This document shows positions 1-12,340 of a stretch of DNA of 64,000 nt, piece by piece. The notes under the pieces are model-generated. The model had not been told where the DNA came from. It saw only the letters and a program-made list of their open reading frames with translations, and made no database searches. Location of the stretch: assembly GCA_051362555.1 (NCBI GenBank), contig CM120644.1, positions 25,256,534-25,320,533 on the forward strand, read 5' to 3'. The translations under genes and the position numbers were made by a program. Each line of letters begins with the position of its first letter. Positions within the stretch are counted from its first letter, which is position 1. The DNA comes from Lingula anatina (Eukaryota; Animalia; Brachiopoda).

Positions 1-930
1 ATTACTTTATACATTTTGTTACTCTTTTTTTTGTGTTTAGATTAATTTTACATATAGAAGACAATAAAGACCATCTAGACCTCTTTGAAATGACATGTGC
101 AAATGCTGATATATTAACCACGACATCTTGATTTTCCCCCTAAACATGAAGAAATTATTATTATAAACTAGGTCTTATGTAGAATTTGCTAAAGGTTGAA
201 CACAGGATTTTGTTAGTTGAATGGGATGAAATAAAAAATCAAATAACAGGGATCTTCCTGGGTCAAAATCTGGCTGGGCCATTTTTAAAAAATGTGTGCC
301 GTGAATATTTTGTGATAATTCATTATGTTTCAATATCATTTTTTATTTTAATTTTAATCATATTATTTTTCATAGGCTAGGCAGATTGACCAAAAGCATA
401 TTATATCAATCTCATGTGACTTATTTTCTTATTCCTTTTTATTTTTATTTCTTTTGTTTCTTTATTTTTCTTACTCAGTACTAAAATATGCACTTTATGG
501 TAAGATAGCTGGATAAATTGTTTCCTTTGTATATTAACAATGTATCAATTTCTTACTATGGTAAGTTAGTCATATTTCTTTTCTATAATGGAAGATGGTG
601 ACAAAATACATATCAATAGCATATAAATATGCATATTAATTTTAATATTAAAAAATCATACAATTTTTTTATTACTTTTATGCATTTTGTTACTCGTGGT
701 TTTTTGTGTTTGGATTGATTTCACTGAGAAGAAAATAAAGACCATCTAGACCTTCTCTTTGAAAAGCAATTACAAATTCTGATATGTTAACCCTGACAGC
801 TTAATTTTTTTCCTACACATGGAGAAATTATTTTTTTACAAACAAGGTTTTCTACAGAATTTGGTAAAGGTTTCACACAGGATTTAGTCAATTGACTGGG
901 ATAAAATAATAAATCAGAAAAAAGGATTTT
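1..930 (+). repeat. Diverged ~255-bp intronic direct repeat (1-255 and 671-930)
   Basis: attacttt..cattttgttactc...aaagaccatctagacc occurs twice. Confidence 0.7.
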
Positions 931-2007
931 CTTCACTTTCATCATTGCAAAAATTAACTAAATTTTGTAACTCAAGACTATCTTTTAATGCATTATGGGC
1001 TGAATAATTTCTGTGAAGTAATAAATTTACAAACTAAAGTCTCTTGTTTATGATTGGGTAAATTAGGATAAAGTTGGAATAAAGTACACTTTATCTTCTG
1101 AAATATACTGTTTATTTTCCTAGCATCAAAAAAGTATTACATGTATCTGCATAAAAACCCTTGGTCCTCTGTTGTGTGTTTTATGGTTTTGTCCATTTGC
1201 ACTTTAACAAAACCATTACAAGAATGACGTCGCAACACGCCAGTGGGTGTACACTGGTTGCATCTTTTCTGGAGAGCTGAAAATCGCACTGTTTGCAGGT
1301 CATATTGTTCAATAACATTCTTAAATCAACAACAAAACGCCATGAGTCTAATTATTTTAACTTATTGTGAAAGAAGAGAATTGTTTTCAGCATACAAATC
1401 ACGGTAACTTGGCCCTGGGTGATCGGAAACCAATGCTGAAGAAGGCAATGTCTTGTTGCACACATCATAACCATGTGATAAATCACCACAATACACATTG
1501 TGGTCAAAATGCAAACAATTGTGATTATTTTCCGTGAGATAAGATCTTGTCACTGCTATACAAGCCTTACTAAAACGTTCTTTTCTATCCCTTCTTCACG
1601 TAATTTCTTACATTGCGGCATTTGTAACAAAGTCGCAAGTGGGTACTTTACGTCGTAAAAGACCAAGCGTTCACAGATACGCAACGCATTGTTGACATAT
1701 TCGTAGCGCTTCGACCAAAATAACATCAAAGATTTCATACTGATTTCTTAAAAGGGTGAATTACGTATTTTATTGCATGTTATATGTTTATCATTAGCCG
1801 CTATCGCAAAAAACTACTCATGCGCGAAATCTGCGCAGATCGCAAAAAAAGCTCGTATGAGAGAACTACCTTAAGAACACATTTGCATGGCATTAGATTG
1901 CTGTGATATTAATTCATTTGTTTCTTATTTATTCATTTTTTTTATTTCATTTTATTTATTTTCAATTTATTTATTTTGCCATGTCTTATCTAAAATTCTA
2001 CATTCAG

Positions 2008-2089
2008 GTCATCCTGATTGCGTTGGTGGTGAGTTTGATCCTGAAGAAATCAGTTGCAGTAAATGAGGGGAAGAAGGATATACCTCTGA
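2008..2089 (+). CDS. PKD1-like polycystin gene, internal exon (TM segment VILIALVVSLILKK); gene starts upstream of window
   Basis: cattcag| acceptor and |gtaaga donor. Phase 0 to 1, joining in frame to the exon at 2368. Confidence 0.75.
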
Positions 2090-2367
2090 GTAAGAATATG
2101 GTTCATGTACTCAGTTACCGGTGTCTTTGAATTAATAAGTCTTCCATTTCAGTTGTTGCAATCTAAGCAAAGTTGGCTCTCTCAATTATTTTGAAATATT
2201 GAACACATATAGTTATTTTTCTGTGTAATTTAAACTAAGTACTTCCTCATTTGTAGCTGAAAATAGAAAAATTCTTTTTAAATTTAAATTTTTTCTAGTT
2301 TTAAGTTAGAACTGGAGTAAAAAGGAGTGTGAAAGTAACTCCTTTTAATTTTGTTTTACCCCCACAG

Positions 2368-2672
2368 CTGAAGATGAAAAATACCTAAAGGAAGAAAACA
2401 TAGCTCATTATCGAAAGAATCTTCAACGAAAGCGTGCTCAGCATGTGTACAAGCCTCTTCCAGAGCCCGTGGTAGAACACATGCGCAGCATACGGATGAA
2501 AGAGAGGAGGATGCATCAAATACTGGTGGAGCTGGCGCTCTATGTGACCTTCACTTTGGCCCTGGTATTTGTGACGTATGGCCACCGAGACCCCATGGCA
2601 TTCTATGTAACAAAGTCTACAGAAGATATGTTTATCACGGCAGAGTATGCAGATGGTCCAGCCTTTGGAGAG
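2368..2672 (+). CDS. PKD1-like polycystin exon (YKPLP...KERRMHQILVELALYVTF, first TM of the channel-like domain)
   Basis: cccacag| acceptor and |gtgagt donor. The motif is typical of PKD1L/PKDREJ proteins just before the polycystin channel domain. Confidence 0.9.
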
Positions 2673-2958
2673 GTGAGTTAGACAGTACTGGACATTTCAA
2701 GACCTGTACTAAAGGGTATTCTTCAAGACCTTCAGTTTCAAGGAACTGCATATGATGGCAATTGTTGAAAAGCTTTACTTTCATTGTACTGGTACTGATG
2801 GGGATTACACAGAGCCTTGAGTTTCATGGTGGCTCTCTATTGAAATGTTTGTTTGAGAGAATAATTTGATCATTATCAGTACTGTAGGTAACAGTTTATG
2901 CAATCTGCTGTATAAAATATCACTTACCTGTTACATTTATTTTCACCATTCCCCCTAG

Positions 2959-3127
2959 ATCAGCGATGCTGACTCCATGTGGGAATACCTAGAGGAGACA
3001 TTTGTACCTTCCCTGTTCACTTCTACCTGGTACAATGGTGACAGTGTGACAGAGAGTGACATCCTGACAGCTGACAAGGTGTCACTCCATGTGGGGGCAG
3101 CCAGACTCAGACAGCTGAGAGTTAAAG
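2959..3127 (+). CDS. PKD1-like polycystin exon (MWEYLEETFVPSLFTSTWYNG...GAARLRQLRVK), TOP domain
   Basis: ccctag| acceptor and |gttaga donor. Hand translation gives the conserved polycystin W.Y...P....WYNG and RLRQLRV motifs; not in the ORF track. Confidence 0.92.
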
Positions 3128-3357
3128 GTTAGATTTTCATAGTCTCTCTCTCTCTACTGTACTACACTGAGTATAATATAACTGTTTATTAGTTACTGTA
3201 AGGTTCTCTCTGTGTCTCTTTCTTCTGTCATACAGATAGTTCATGAAGGCACACATATATACACTCACAAACACACACACTGTGACAGGGTATGTTAAAT
3301 TATGACTTTGTGAAAGCAGTCCTATTATGACCCTGTTGTAGTGAGTTCATTGAGCTC

Positions 3358-3787
3358 CTGTATCATATCTCTTGTATTTTAGTTGTCTGTGATGTGCCTC
3401 CCACCTTCCAGTCCCTGATCCACTCCTGTACAGTGAGATATGACTGTATCATATATCTTATATTTCAGATGTCTGTGATGTGCCTCCCACCTTCCAGTCC
3501 CTGATCCACTCCTGTACAGTGAGATATGACTGTATCATATATCTTATATTTCAGTTGTCTGTGATGTGCCTCCCACCTTCCAGTCCCTGATCCACTCCTG
3601 TACAGTGAGATATGACTATATCATATATCTTATATTTCAGATGTCTGTGATGTGCCTCCCACCTTCCAGTCCCTGATCCACTCCTGTACAGTGAGATATG
3701 ACTGTATCATATATCTTATATTTCAGATGTCTGTGATGTGCCTACCACCTTCCAGTCCCTGATCCACTCCTGTACAGTGAGATATGA
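3358..3787 (+). repeat. Acceptor-junction tandem array, 5 x 86 bp
   Basis: AGs end at 3382, 3468, 3554, 3640 and 3726. Unit is about 25 nt of intron end plus 61 nt of exon start. Confidence 0.95.
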
Positions 3788-3933
3788 ATGGGGCACTGAT
3801 GACAGCAGGGACTATAACACCTCTTGGACACCGCTGGTCAACACAACTGACCACCCCACTGACCAGTGGACATACCAGTCTGCTTTCAAGCTGAGGTCAC
3901 TTCCATTTGCTGGAAAACATGGCACTTACAATG
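3727..3933 (+). CDS. PKD1-like polycystin exon (DVCDVP...WTYQS...GKHGTYNG)
   Basis: Begins at the last AG of the 86-bp array and ends at |gtaaac. Phase 1-1, with the conserved W.YQS and G....Y.GGGY motifs. Confidence 0.9.
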
Positions 3934-4028
3934 GTAAACTATTTCTCCCTGTGACTACATGAACATGTAGCAAGTGCATAACTAGTGGGCTTGATTTGGT
4001 CTTAAAGTGCAATTTAAGAACACAAATA

Positions 4029-5701
4029 CGGTAATTCTCCAATCTATACGAACGATTTAAATTAATTATTTTTGGAAGATAATCATTTTGTTCGTAAGGC
4101 TTGAAATTCAGTCTGCTAAAAATTGCTACGCGTTCGTATCCATTGAAATACGAATGGAATAAGGCTGTACCCGAAGTTATCTCCACTTACCTACATTGCT
4201 AAGTGTAAGCATTACTTTCAGATCAAATCACTGTGATCAGCTTTTAGCACAAACAAATTATTCTTGCGATATTGCAATGAATTAAAACAAACTAAACAAA
4301 AGTCGGGAATTCAAGTTAAGAAACAATTTCTTCACACTAAAGAGGTACATTTCTCCCAAGACAAGACAACATCGTTTTTCCCTGTTATGTTTTACCAAGA
4401 CAGGACAACATCGTTTTTCCCAACTTCTGTCAAAAACAGACAAGAATATTTGCGTATCCAGTTGCATATTTTACTTAATGCGTGTTTACTTTTCATATGA
4501 TTTAATTCACATATAGAAAATTTACAATATTAATAATGTCACCCCCCCCCCCCCCAATTAGGCCTACATAAATTTCTTCCGCCAAAACAAAATACTTGAA
4601 ACTCCTCACAGTAGATATCACTGACGTTAATAGAGATTATACTTGATATAAAAAATAACATCAGCTCAATTCACGTCTATTTATGAAAGTCTTTTACAGC
4701 ATATTAATTTGCACGCAATCAATGTAAACTTAATTAGAAAAAATACAGAAAACTGCAGGCAAATTTGTATAAAATCATACGGCACCTTTATTTTTCACAA
4801 TCACCAATATCAGTGAGGTTTACCTAATAGTTGTTCATGAGACAAGGTCTTTAACAAGGAAAACAAACAAACAAACAAACAAACAAAAAAGCATGAACTT
4901 TATCACAACTCAAATTAGAAAAATAAATACAATATAAGACAGAACTCCTCTTTAAAAATTTAATTTCCTAATGACTACCAAAAACAAAGAAAAACTCGAT
5001 CATTGACTATGGATTTCTCATACTCTTCTGTTGTGCGTACTCCCTACCAGGGCGAGTGATAGATTTTTTTTTACAGATATTCACAGATATGTCTCTAGCT
5101 AGATAGATTGTCATTTACAGCTGAACTGGGTTTAGCTGAAAATGACCATCTATCTAGCTAGAGACATATCTGTGAATATCTGTAAAAAATCTATCACTCA
5201 CCCTGGTAGAGGGTATGTTGTGCGTGGGTTTCACGTTTGTAGATTTTACGGGAAACCGGTTATCGGTGAAACACCGATGGTGGATGTTGATGATCCAGTC
5301 GGCCGGCAGAAGTTAGGAAATGATAATAAACAGTAAGTAATTTATGTGTACTGATGCTTTCAATAACTTCTAAATAACAATAAGGTTTTAAAACTGGCCT
5401 GCAGCTGCCGGCGGGCAGGTTGAGTCCTTCTATCGTCTCATTCAAAAACAGCACAAATACATGATAATCTCTCCTGTCAAGTGGCAGTTCCTTTGTTTGG
5501 AACGGTGGTCTGAAAACTCGCTTTGACGAATCATGGGGCGAGTTTCAATTGGGCACACTTTCTTGCGTTCGGAAAATTTAAATTGTGCCCAAGGTGAGTT
5601 TAGCGATCGTTCGTACAGAACGGAGACAAAAAATTCAGATTCAGAGAAAAAACGTTTCGTTCGTAATTATTGCGGCGTTCGTATAGATTGGAGAATTACC
5701 G
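4029..5701. mobile_element. Non-autonomous Tc1/mariner/pogo-type element nested in 3981-5994
   Basis: Perfect 26-bp TIR cggtaattctccaatctatacgaacg, flanked by TA on both sides. Confidence 0.85.
5039..5215. mobile_element. Hairpin MITE (MULE-like)
   Basis: Arms of about 80 bp form an inverted repeat; flanked by a 10-bp direct repeat, tgttgtgcgt. Confidence 0.7.
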
Positions 5702-6559
5702 TAGTCTTACATGATCTTAAAACATGAGTAGGACCATTTCTAGTTTGACAGCTAATTAAGTTGTTCCCCTTTACACATTCTCCTATTGTGAGCAGAGGTG
5801 TCCTCTACTGTTAGGGGAGGTATCCCCCCATTGTGAGGGGAGGAAACTGCTTGAGCACTGAAGTAGATGTTAGATCATTTTTGATCTTAAAAGCAGATTC
5901 AGTCCAATTTAAAACTACTGCTGTAATGATTAAGATCGTGTAAGATCACTTGTGAACTTAAAATGCACTTTAAGACCAAATCTAGCCCACTAGTGATATA
6001 ATGATGGTTAATTCAAACTGCTACAGGTACTTGTGGCTTGGTTTTTCTAGAATAGCATATTAAATGTTTATTTTAAAGTAATTAATTTGAAAATGTACGT
6101 TCTTTATTCATGTTTGCATTGCTTACTATTACTTATTGTCTTTGAGCCATGGTCAGCTCACAAGGCTTGTCGGCATCCTTCACCATCTCCCTCCATCTTT
6201 TGCTGCTTTATTTGCTTTTACTTATGAAGATATTTACTATATAAATATAGTTTGTGTTTTTATTAGACTGTCTTTCTTGAATCCGTACAATTCAGCAACT
6301 ATGCTGACTTTGTTGACTAGAAAAATGCCAATAAAATAAAAATATAGATTAGAATGTTAAAGCAATTGAAATAAACCAATACACGACCATACATGTATCT
6401 CTTAACTTTGGGGAGGGGGAGGGGGGCGCTTTTTTGGTTCAACTTGATTAAAAATAACATTCTCTGGATAGATACTTTTGTATGTTCGTTGGAGGATGTG
6501 TAAAACTCCTTGATGATGCCAGAGGAAATTTAGAAAAACTCTATGACTACATGTACTGC

Positions 6560-7987
6560 ATATGATATTTTAGGTGGAGGATATGTGAAACTCCTTGGTG
6601 ACACCAGAGATAAAAGCCTGTCTCTAGTATTATATGATATTTTAGGTGGAGGATATGTGAAACTCCTTGGTGACACCAGAGATAAAAGCCTGTCTCTAGT
6701 ATTATATGATATTTTAGGTGGAGGATATGTGAAACTCCTTGGTGACACCAGAGATAAAAGCCTGTCTCTAGTATTATATGATATTTTAGGTGGAGGATAT
6801 GTGAAACTCCTTGGTGACACCAGAGATAAAAGCCTGTCTCTAGTATTATATGATATTTTAGGTGGAGGATATGTGAAACTCCTTGGTGACACCAGAGATA
6901 AAAGCCTGTCTCTAGTATTATATGATATTTTAGGTGGAGGATATGTGAAACTCCTTGGTGACACCAGAGATAAAAGCCTGTCTCTAGTATTATATGATAT
7001 TTTAGGTGGAGGATATGTGAAACTCCTTGGTGACACCAGAGATAAAAGCCTGTCTCTAGTATTATATGATATTTCAGGTGGAGGATATGTGAAACTCCTT
7101 GGTGACACCAGAGATAAAAGCCTGTCTCTAGTATTATATGATATTTCAGGTGGAGGATATGTGAAACTCCTTGGTGACACCAGAGATAAAAGCCTGTCTC
7201 TAGTATTATATGATATTTCAGGTGGAGGATATGTGAAACTCCTTGGTGACACCAGAGATAAAAGCCTGTCTCTAGTATTATATGATATTTCAGGTGGAGG
7301 ATATGTGAAACTCCTTGGTGACACCAGAGATAAAAGCCTGTCTCTAGTATTATATGATATTTCAGGTGGAGGATATGTGAAACTCCTTGGTGACACCAGA
7401 GATAAAAGCCTGTCTCTAGTATTATATGATATTTCAGGTGGAGGATATGTGAAACTCCTTGGTGACACCAGAGATAAAAGCCTGTCTCTAGTATTATATG
7501 ATATTTCAGGTGGAGGATATGTGAAACTCCTTGGTGACACCAGAGATAAAAGCCTGTCTCTAGTATTATATGATATTTTAGGTGGAGGATATGTGAAACT
7601 CCTTGGTGACACCAGAGATAAAAGCCTGTCTCTAGTATTATATGATATTTCAGGTGGAGGATATGTGAAACTCCTTGGTGACACCAGAGATAAAAGCCTG
7701 TCTCTAGTATTATATGATATTTTAGGTGGAGGATATGTGAAACTCCTTGGTGACACCAGAGATAAAAGCCTGTCTCTAGTATTATATGATATTTTAGGTG
7801 GAGGATATGTGAAACTTCTTGGTGACACCAGAGATAAAAGCCTGTCTCTAGTATTATATGATATTTTAGGTGGAGGATATGTGAAACTCCTTGGTGACAC
7901 CAGAGATAAAAGCCTGTCTCTAGTATTATATGATATTTTAGGTGGAGGATATGTGAACCTCCTTGGTGACACCAGAGATAAAAGCCT
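6560..7987 (+). repeat. Acceptor-junction tandem array, 20 x 72 bp
   Basis: AGs end at 6573+72n up to 7941 (12 TAG, 8 CAG). Unit is about 26 nt intron plus 46 nt exon. A degenerate copy lies at about 6491-6525. Confidence 0.97.
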
Positions 7988-8176
7988 TGCAATTCTTGCG
8001 AACCTGCAGGAGTCCAAGTGGATAGACCAGAGGACGCGTGCCGTGTTTCTGGAGTTCACCTTGTACAATCCCCAGGTGAACCTGTTCAGTGTGGGACAGT
8101 TCCTGCTGGAGTTCCACCCCACTGGGGCTGTGTTCCCTTTCTATCAGATCTTTACTTGTAAATTTTACCAATATGG
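7942..8176 (+). CDS. PKD1-like polycystin exon (GGGYV...WIDQRTRAVFLEFTLYNPQVNLF...TGAVFP)
   Basis: Hallmark polycystin motifs; ends gg|gtaagt in phase 2. The start is placed at the last of 20 possible in-frame acceptors. Confidence 0.9.
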
Positions 8177-8610
8177 GTAAGTTATTACTGGGGCTGTGTT
8201 CCCTTTCTATCAGATCTTTACTTGTAAATTTTACCAATATGGGTAAGTTATTACTGGGGCTGTGTTCCCTTTCTATCATATCTTTACTTGTAAATTTTAC
8301 CAATATGGGTAAGTTATTACTGGGGTTGTGTTCCCTTTCTATCAAATCTTTACCTGTAAATTTTACCAATATGGGTAAGTTATTACTGGGGCTGTGTTTC
8401 CTTTCTATCAAATCTTTACTTGTAAATTTTACCAATATGAGTAATTTACCACTGGGGCTGTGTTCCCTTTCTATCAAATCTTTTACTTGTAAATTTTACC
8501 AATATGGGTAAGTTATTACTGGAGCCGTGTTTCCTTTCTATCAAATCTTTACTTGTAAATTTTACCAATATGGGTAAGTTATTACTGGGGCTGTGTTCCC
8601 TTTCTATCAG
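8121..8610 (+). repeat. Donor-junction tandem array, 66-bp unit, left part (7 donors)
   Basis: GT at 8177, 8243, 8309, 8375, 8441, 8508 and 8574. Unit is 56 nt of exon end plus gtaagttatt. Confidence 0.95.
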
Positions 8611-8793
8611 GGCTGGGTTGTATGAAAGCCGTATAGCACTATACGCTGGATAAATCAGCCGTGTAACTTATACGGTTCTTATACGGGTTGCATGAAAGCT
8701 GTATAACTTTATACGGCGGATAAATCTGCTAAATGGTCGGTTAAAGTTATACGTCTCAGGGAGGTCGTTTAAATAGTTGTACAGTGGATAAAA

Positions 8794-10661
8794 ATGGCGT
8801 ACCTGCTGAGGTTCCACAGGAATCCTCAGCAGTATAATCCACCTAGACAGAGGAGAGAGAGGACTTTTCGAAGAGAAGTATTTGACTTTGACGGCTATAC
8901 TGATTCTGAACTGCGTGCAAGGTTTCGTTTTGGCAGAGAAGGCATTAATTTGATAGAGAGAATGTAGGAAGAGGAACTGCAGCCTGCGACTGGCAGGAGC
9001 TGTTCTCTCTCGGTGAGGGAACAAGTTCTCATTGCTTTGCGTTTCTATGCCTGTGGCTCATATCTCCAAGTGGTTGGTGATACAATCGGTGTCGACAAGG
9101 GCACGGTGTGCAGGGTTGTGAGAAAAGTGTCGTTAGCCCTGTGCAGAAGGAAAGACCAATTCATTCAATTCCCAACAGACCCTAGGGAGAAGGCCACGAT
9201 CCGCCGTGGGTTTTTTAGGATTGCCAGATTCCCTGGGGTCATCGGCTGTTTGGACGGAACACACATTAGGATAACGGCGCCCACGTTGAATGAGCCTGCA
9301 TTCGTAAATAGAAAAAACTACCACAGTTTGAATGTCCAGGCTATATGTGACCACAAAGGTATTGATCTTTATTACATATTCAAAACATAAATATTAAGAG
9401 CTCACCGTAAATAACACGACCAACATCTGCAGCGTTCGTGGTTCAACTTCATAAGTCGGCCATTTTTGCGGCCATGACCTTGACTTCTTCAGTGTGACTG
9501 ATCGAATGTGCAAGCAATGTTTATGCAGGTGCAACTAATGCAATCTGCTTAGATAATCATTTTTATGAATAACAAAAACATTGCAGAGCCACATAATTGC
9601 AAATTTAAAAGTTAATTCTCATATTAAAACTTGAGTTATAAATAAGTATTGATATAAATGAAGATTAACATGATGAAATTGAATGCTAACATATTACTTC
9701 AATTTTATTTTCATCACCTTGTCATATTCCATTTCATAAAGGCAAACTTATATTAAACTGTTTTGAAAAAAAATTGAAAAAAGTGAAATTGTTGCACAAA
9801 TGTTATGCTTTCACCATTATTATTGTTTTAATTATTGTCTTCCTCTTCTCCTTAAAAAAAAAACATCCTCTATATTCAGTTCCTTTTTTTTTTTTCTTTT
9901 TATCTCAGGTAGATTTACAAATATCGTTGCCCAGTGGCCTGGTAGTGTCCATGATGCCCATATCTTTTCCACATCAGCGGTTGGGCGTCACCTAAATCAA
10001 AACCAGCAACCAGAGGATGGGGTCCTCCTAGGCGATAGTGGTTATGCCTGCAGGCCATATTTAATGACACCATATCTTCACCCTGTAGGGAGAGCCCAAA
10101 GGAGGTTTAATAGGGCCCACAGGAGCACAAGAAATCTCATAGAGCGAGTGTTTGGCATGTGGAAAAAGAGGCAAGCAACAAAAAAAAAAATATATATATA
10201 TATATTTTAAGCAAAATTGATAAAGAAATGAACAAAAAAAAAAAAAAAATGAAATAAAACAATAACCAAATACTTCTTTATGTCTGAGGGATAATAAACA
10301 ATTATGTGTGCATACACTGTGAATGAACATGTTTTAAATGAAAAAAATTGTATCCTCACAAATTATTTAAGTAAATTAATAATAATTAATAATAAATTAA
10401 TAATAGAAATAATAATATATATTTCATTTTGCTCATTATAGATTTGGTTGCCTAAATATAGGATTCAGGATGGCCCCAGCTAGAGTGAGTACCATAGTTG
10501 GAGCATGCGCCGTCCTCCACAACATTGCAATAAACTTGAAGGAGCCCATTCCTGACAATGTACAAGTGCCTGCAGACAATGGTGACATGGGGGTGCAGTA
10601 TCAAGGACCCCAAGATGGTCGTGCAGTCAGGTATCATCTTGCTTCAACATATTTTGCATGA
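8794..10661 (+). pseudogene. Harbinger (HARBI1-like DDE) transposase, exons 8794-9358, 9909-10170, 10442-10661, with an in-frame TAG at 8965
   Basis: Motifs ALRFYACGS, GCLDGTHI, WPGSVHDA, GDSGY, IERVFG.WKKRF and ACAVLHN. Intron 2 starts GC (ag|gcaagc). Confidence 0.9.
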
Positions 10662-11101
10662 TTGATATTTTGGTACCACCAACAACTTGGAGATATGTAG
10701 TTAACAAGCATAGAAATGTAAAGCAATGACAACTTGTTCTTTCAAACAGAGAGAACTAAACTGCTAGTGCCTAGCTTCAGTTCCTTTCCAATATTTTCTC
10801 TCAAATTTATATCTTCTCTCCCAAAATGAAACCTTATATGCAGTTCAGAATCAGTGTAAAAGTCAAAGTTAAATATGTGTCTTCGAAACTTCTCTCTTTC
10901 TCCTCTGTCTAAGTGGATTCGATGTCATTACAATCAAATTTAAATATAAAGCAATGAAACTCATTTGCTGTGATGAACCAATATTTATTAACTGTTATTT
11001 TTAATATTTCCAGATAATTTTTTTGTGTGTGTAACTGTCAATCAACATTTTATGAGAGTTGCTATATTTCAAAAAAATTCCAACAGATATTTATTTCTAA
11101 C

Positions 11102-11135
<34 letters not shown>

Positions 11136-12340
11136 AAGTACATATAAAAGTACTGATTCAGTTTTGTTTCAAATTGTAATCATCTATTCATTATGTGTTT
11201 TGTAATTGAAAAGCAATTATTGTGTTCAACGTGATATCCTTTTATAAATAACATTGTATGTACATTTTCATTAGCACATAATGCAATAAATATTAAAATT
11301 GACAATAGTAAATAATGTAAAGCTTTAAGAACACAATTGCCATATGTAAAATTCTTCATAAACACCAACTAACACTACACACACTAAAAGTTAACAATGC
11401 AGCAAAGCTGCCAAATGTAAAAACAAACAAACCAAAAAAAGGCAATAATAATGCACACAATAGGATACAGTCAATTCTGATGCAATAATACATTATGCTT
11501 ATAACTGCAAAGTGAACATCAAAATTCAATTATGCACAAAAGGTAATAGTGATGAAGGTAAAGGCATAAGGCTTTAGACCCATTAAAGTTTAAGTTTATA
11601 CTAGGAAATTTCAGAATAAGAAAAAAAAAATTTCACCAGAAAAATTGTATTAATTCAATAAAATTTATAATCCAATAGAGTTGGTTTTCTTATTTGAGCT
11701 GTATGTCAATCATAAGAATCATTCTTTTAAGTTAAAAAAAAAAGTAACAGTTTTTTCTTCATCGTAACATTTAACATTTAAATATCAAAAGTAATTAATC
11801 TATTGTCAATTTCTTGGGATTGTTTCTGTAGTAAAATTATTTGGAGATCTAATTTTTTTTTCTTTTTTTACTGCATTTTTCATTTCTTGTTCAAGAAGCT
11901 TGGCATGCAAGCCTTCCACTACACTGCTCACTGCAAAGACATGAAATCTAAAGGTTATTCATTTCTGCATAGTATCACTTATATTACATGTAAAATACCA
12001 AAACAAAATGATTAAGTGACTTTACCACTTGAGTAGTGAAATTAGAGTAATGCAAAAGTGTTGAAAACATTAATGCATAACTAATATATATACCCAGCAA
12101 GACTTAAAAATAATTAAATGCAAATATAACTGACCATGAATTGTCCTTTTTCTATTTCCTGCCCCACCTATAAAGGAAAATGTTGCATGTGCTTCATGAG
12201 TATGCCTTTTTATGAATAAGTACTTACAAAGAAAATGAAAAAAATCTGTCATTAAAACAAAATCAATTTTGCAATTGTTGTTAAACTGTGATATCTTCCA
12301 TTAATATGTTACATATGTTTTTTAGATTCCACATACATAC

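Larger units (their letters stand above)
3981..5994. mobile_element. Non-autonomous terminal-inverted-repeat (TIR) DNA element
   Basis: actagtgggcttgatttggtcttaaagtgca at 3981 and its near-perfect reverse complement ending at 5994. The palindromic ACTAGT makes the TSD length ambiguous. Confidence 0.75.

Noticed and set aside
6530-8122. Long minus-strand repetitive ORFs (530 aa and 481 aa), and the 545-aa plus ORF as a stand-alone gene
   Set aside because: By-products of a 72-bp unit lacking stops in several frames. Only the plus frame matches polycystin, and there it is part of a spliced gene.
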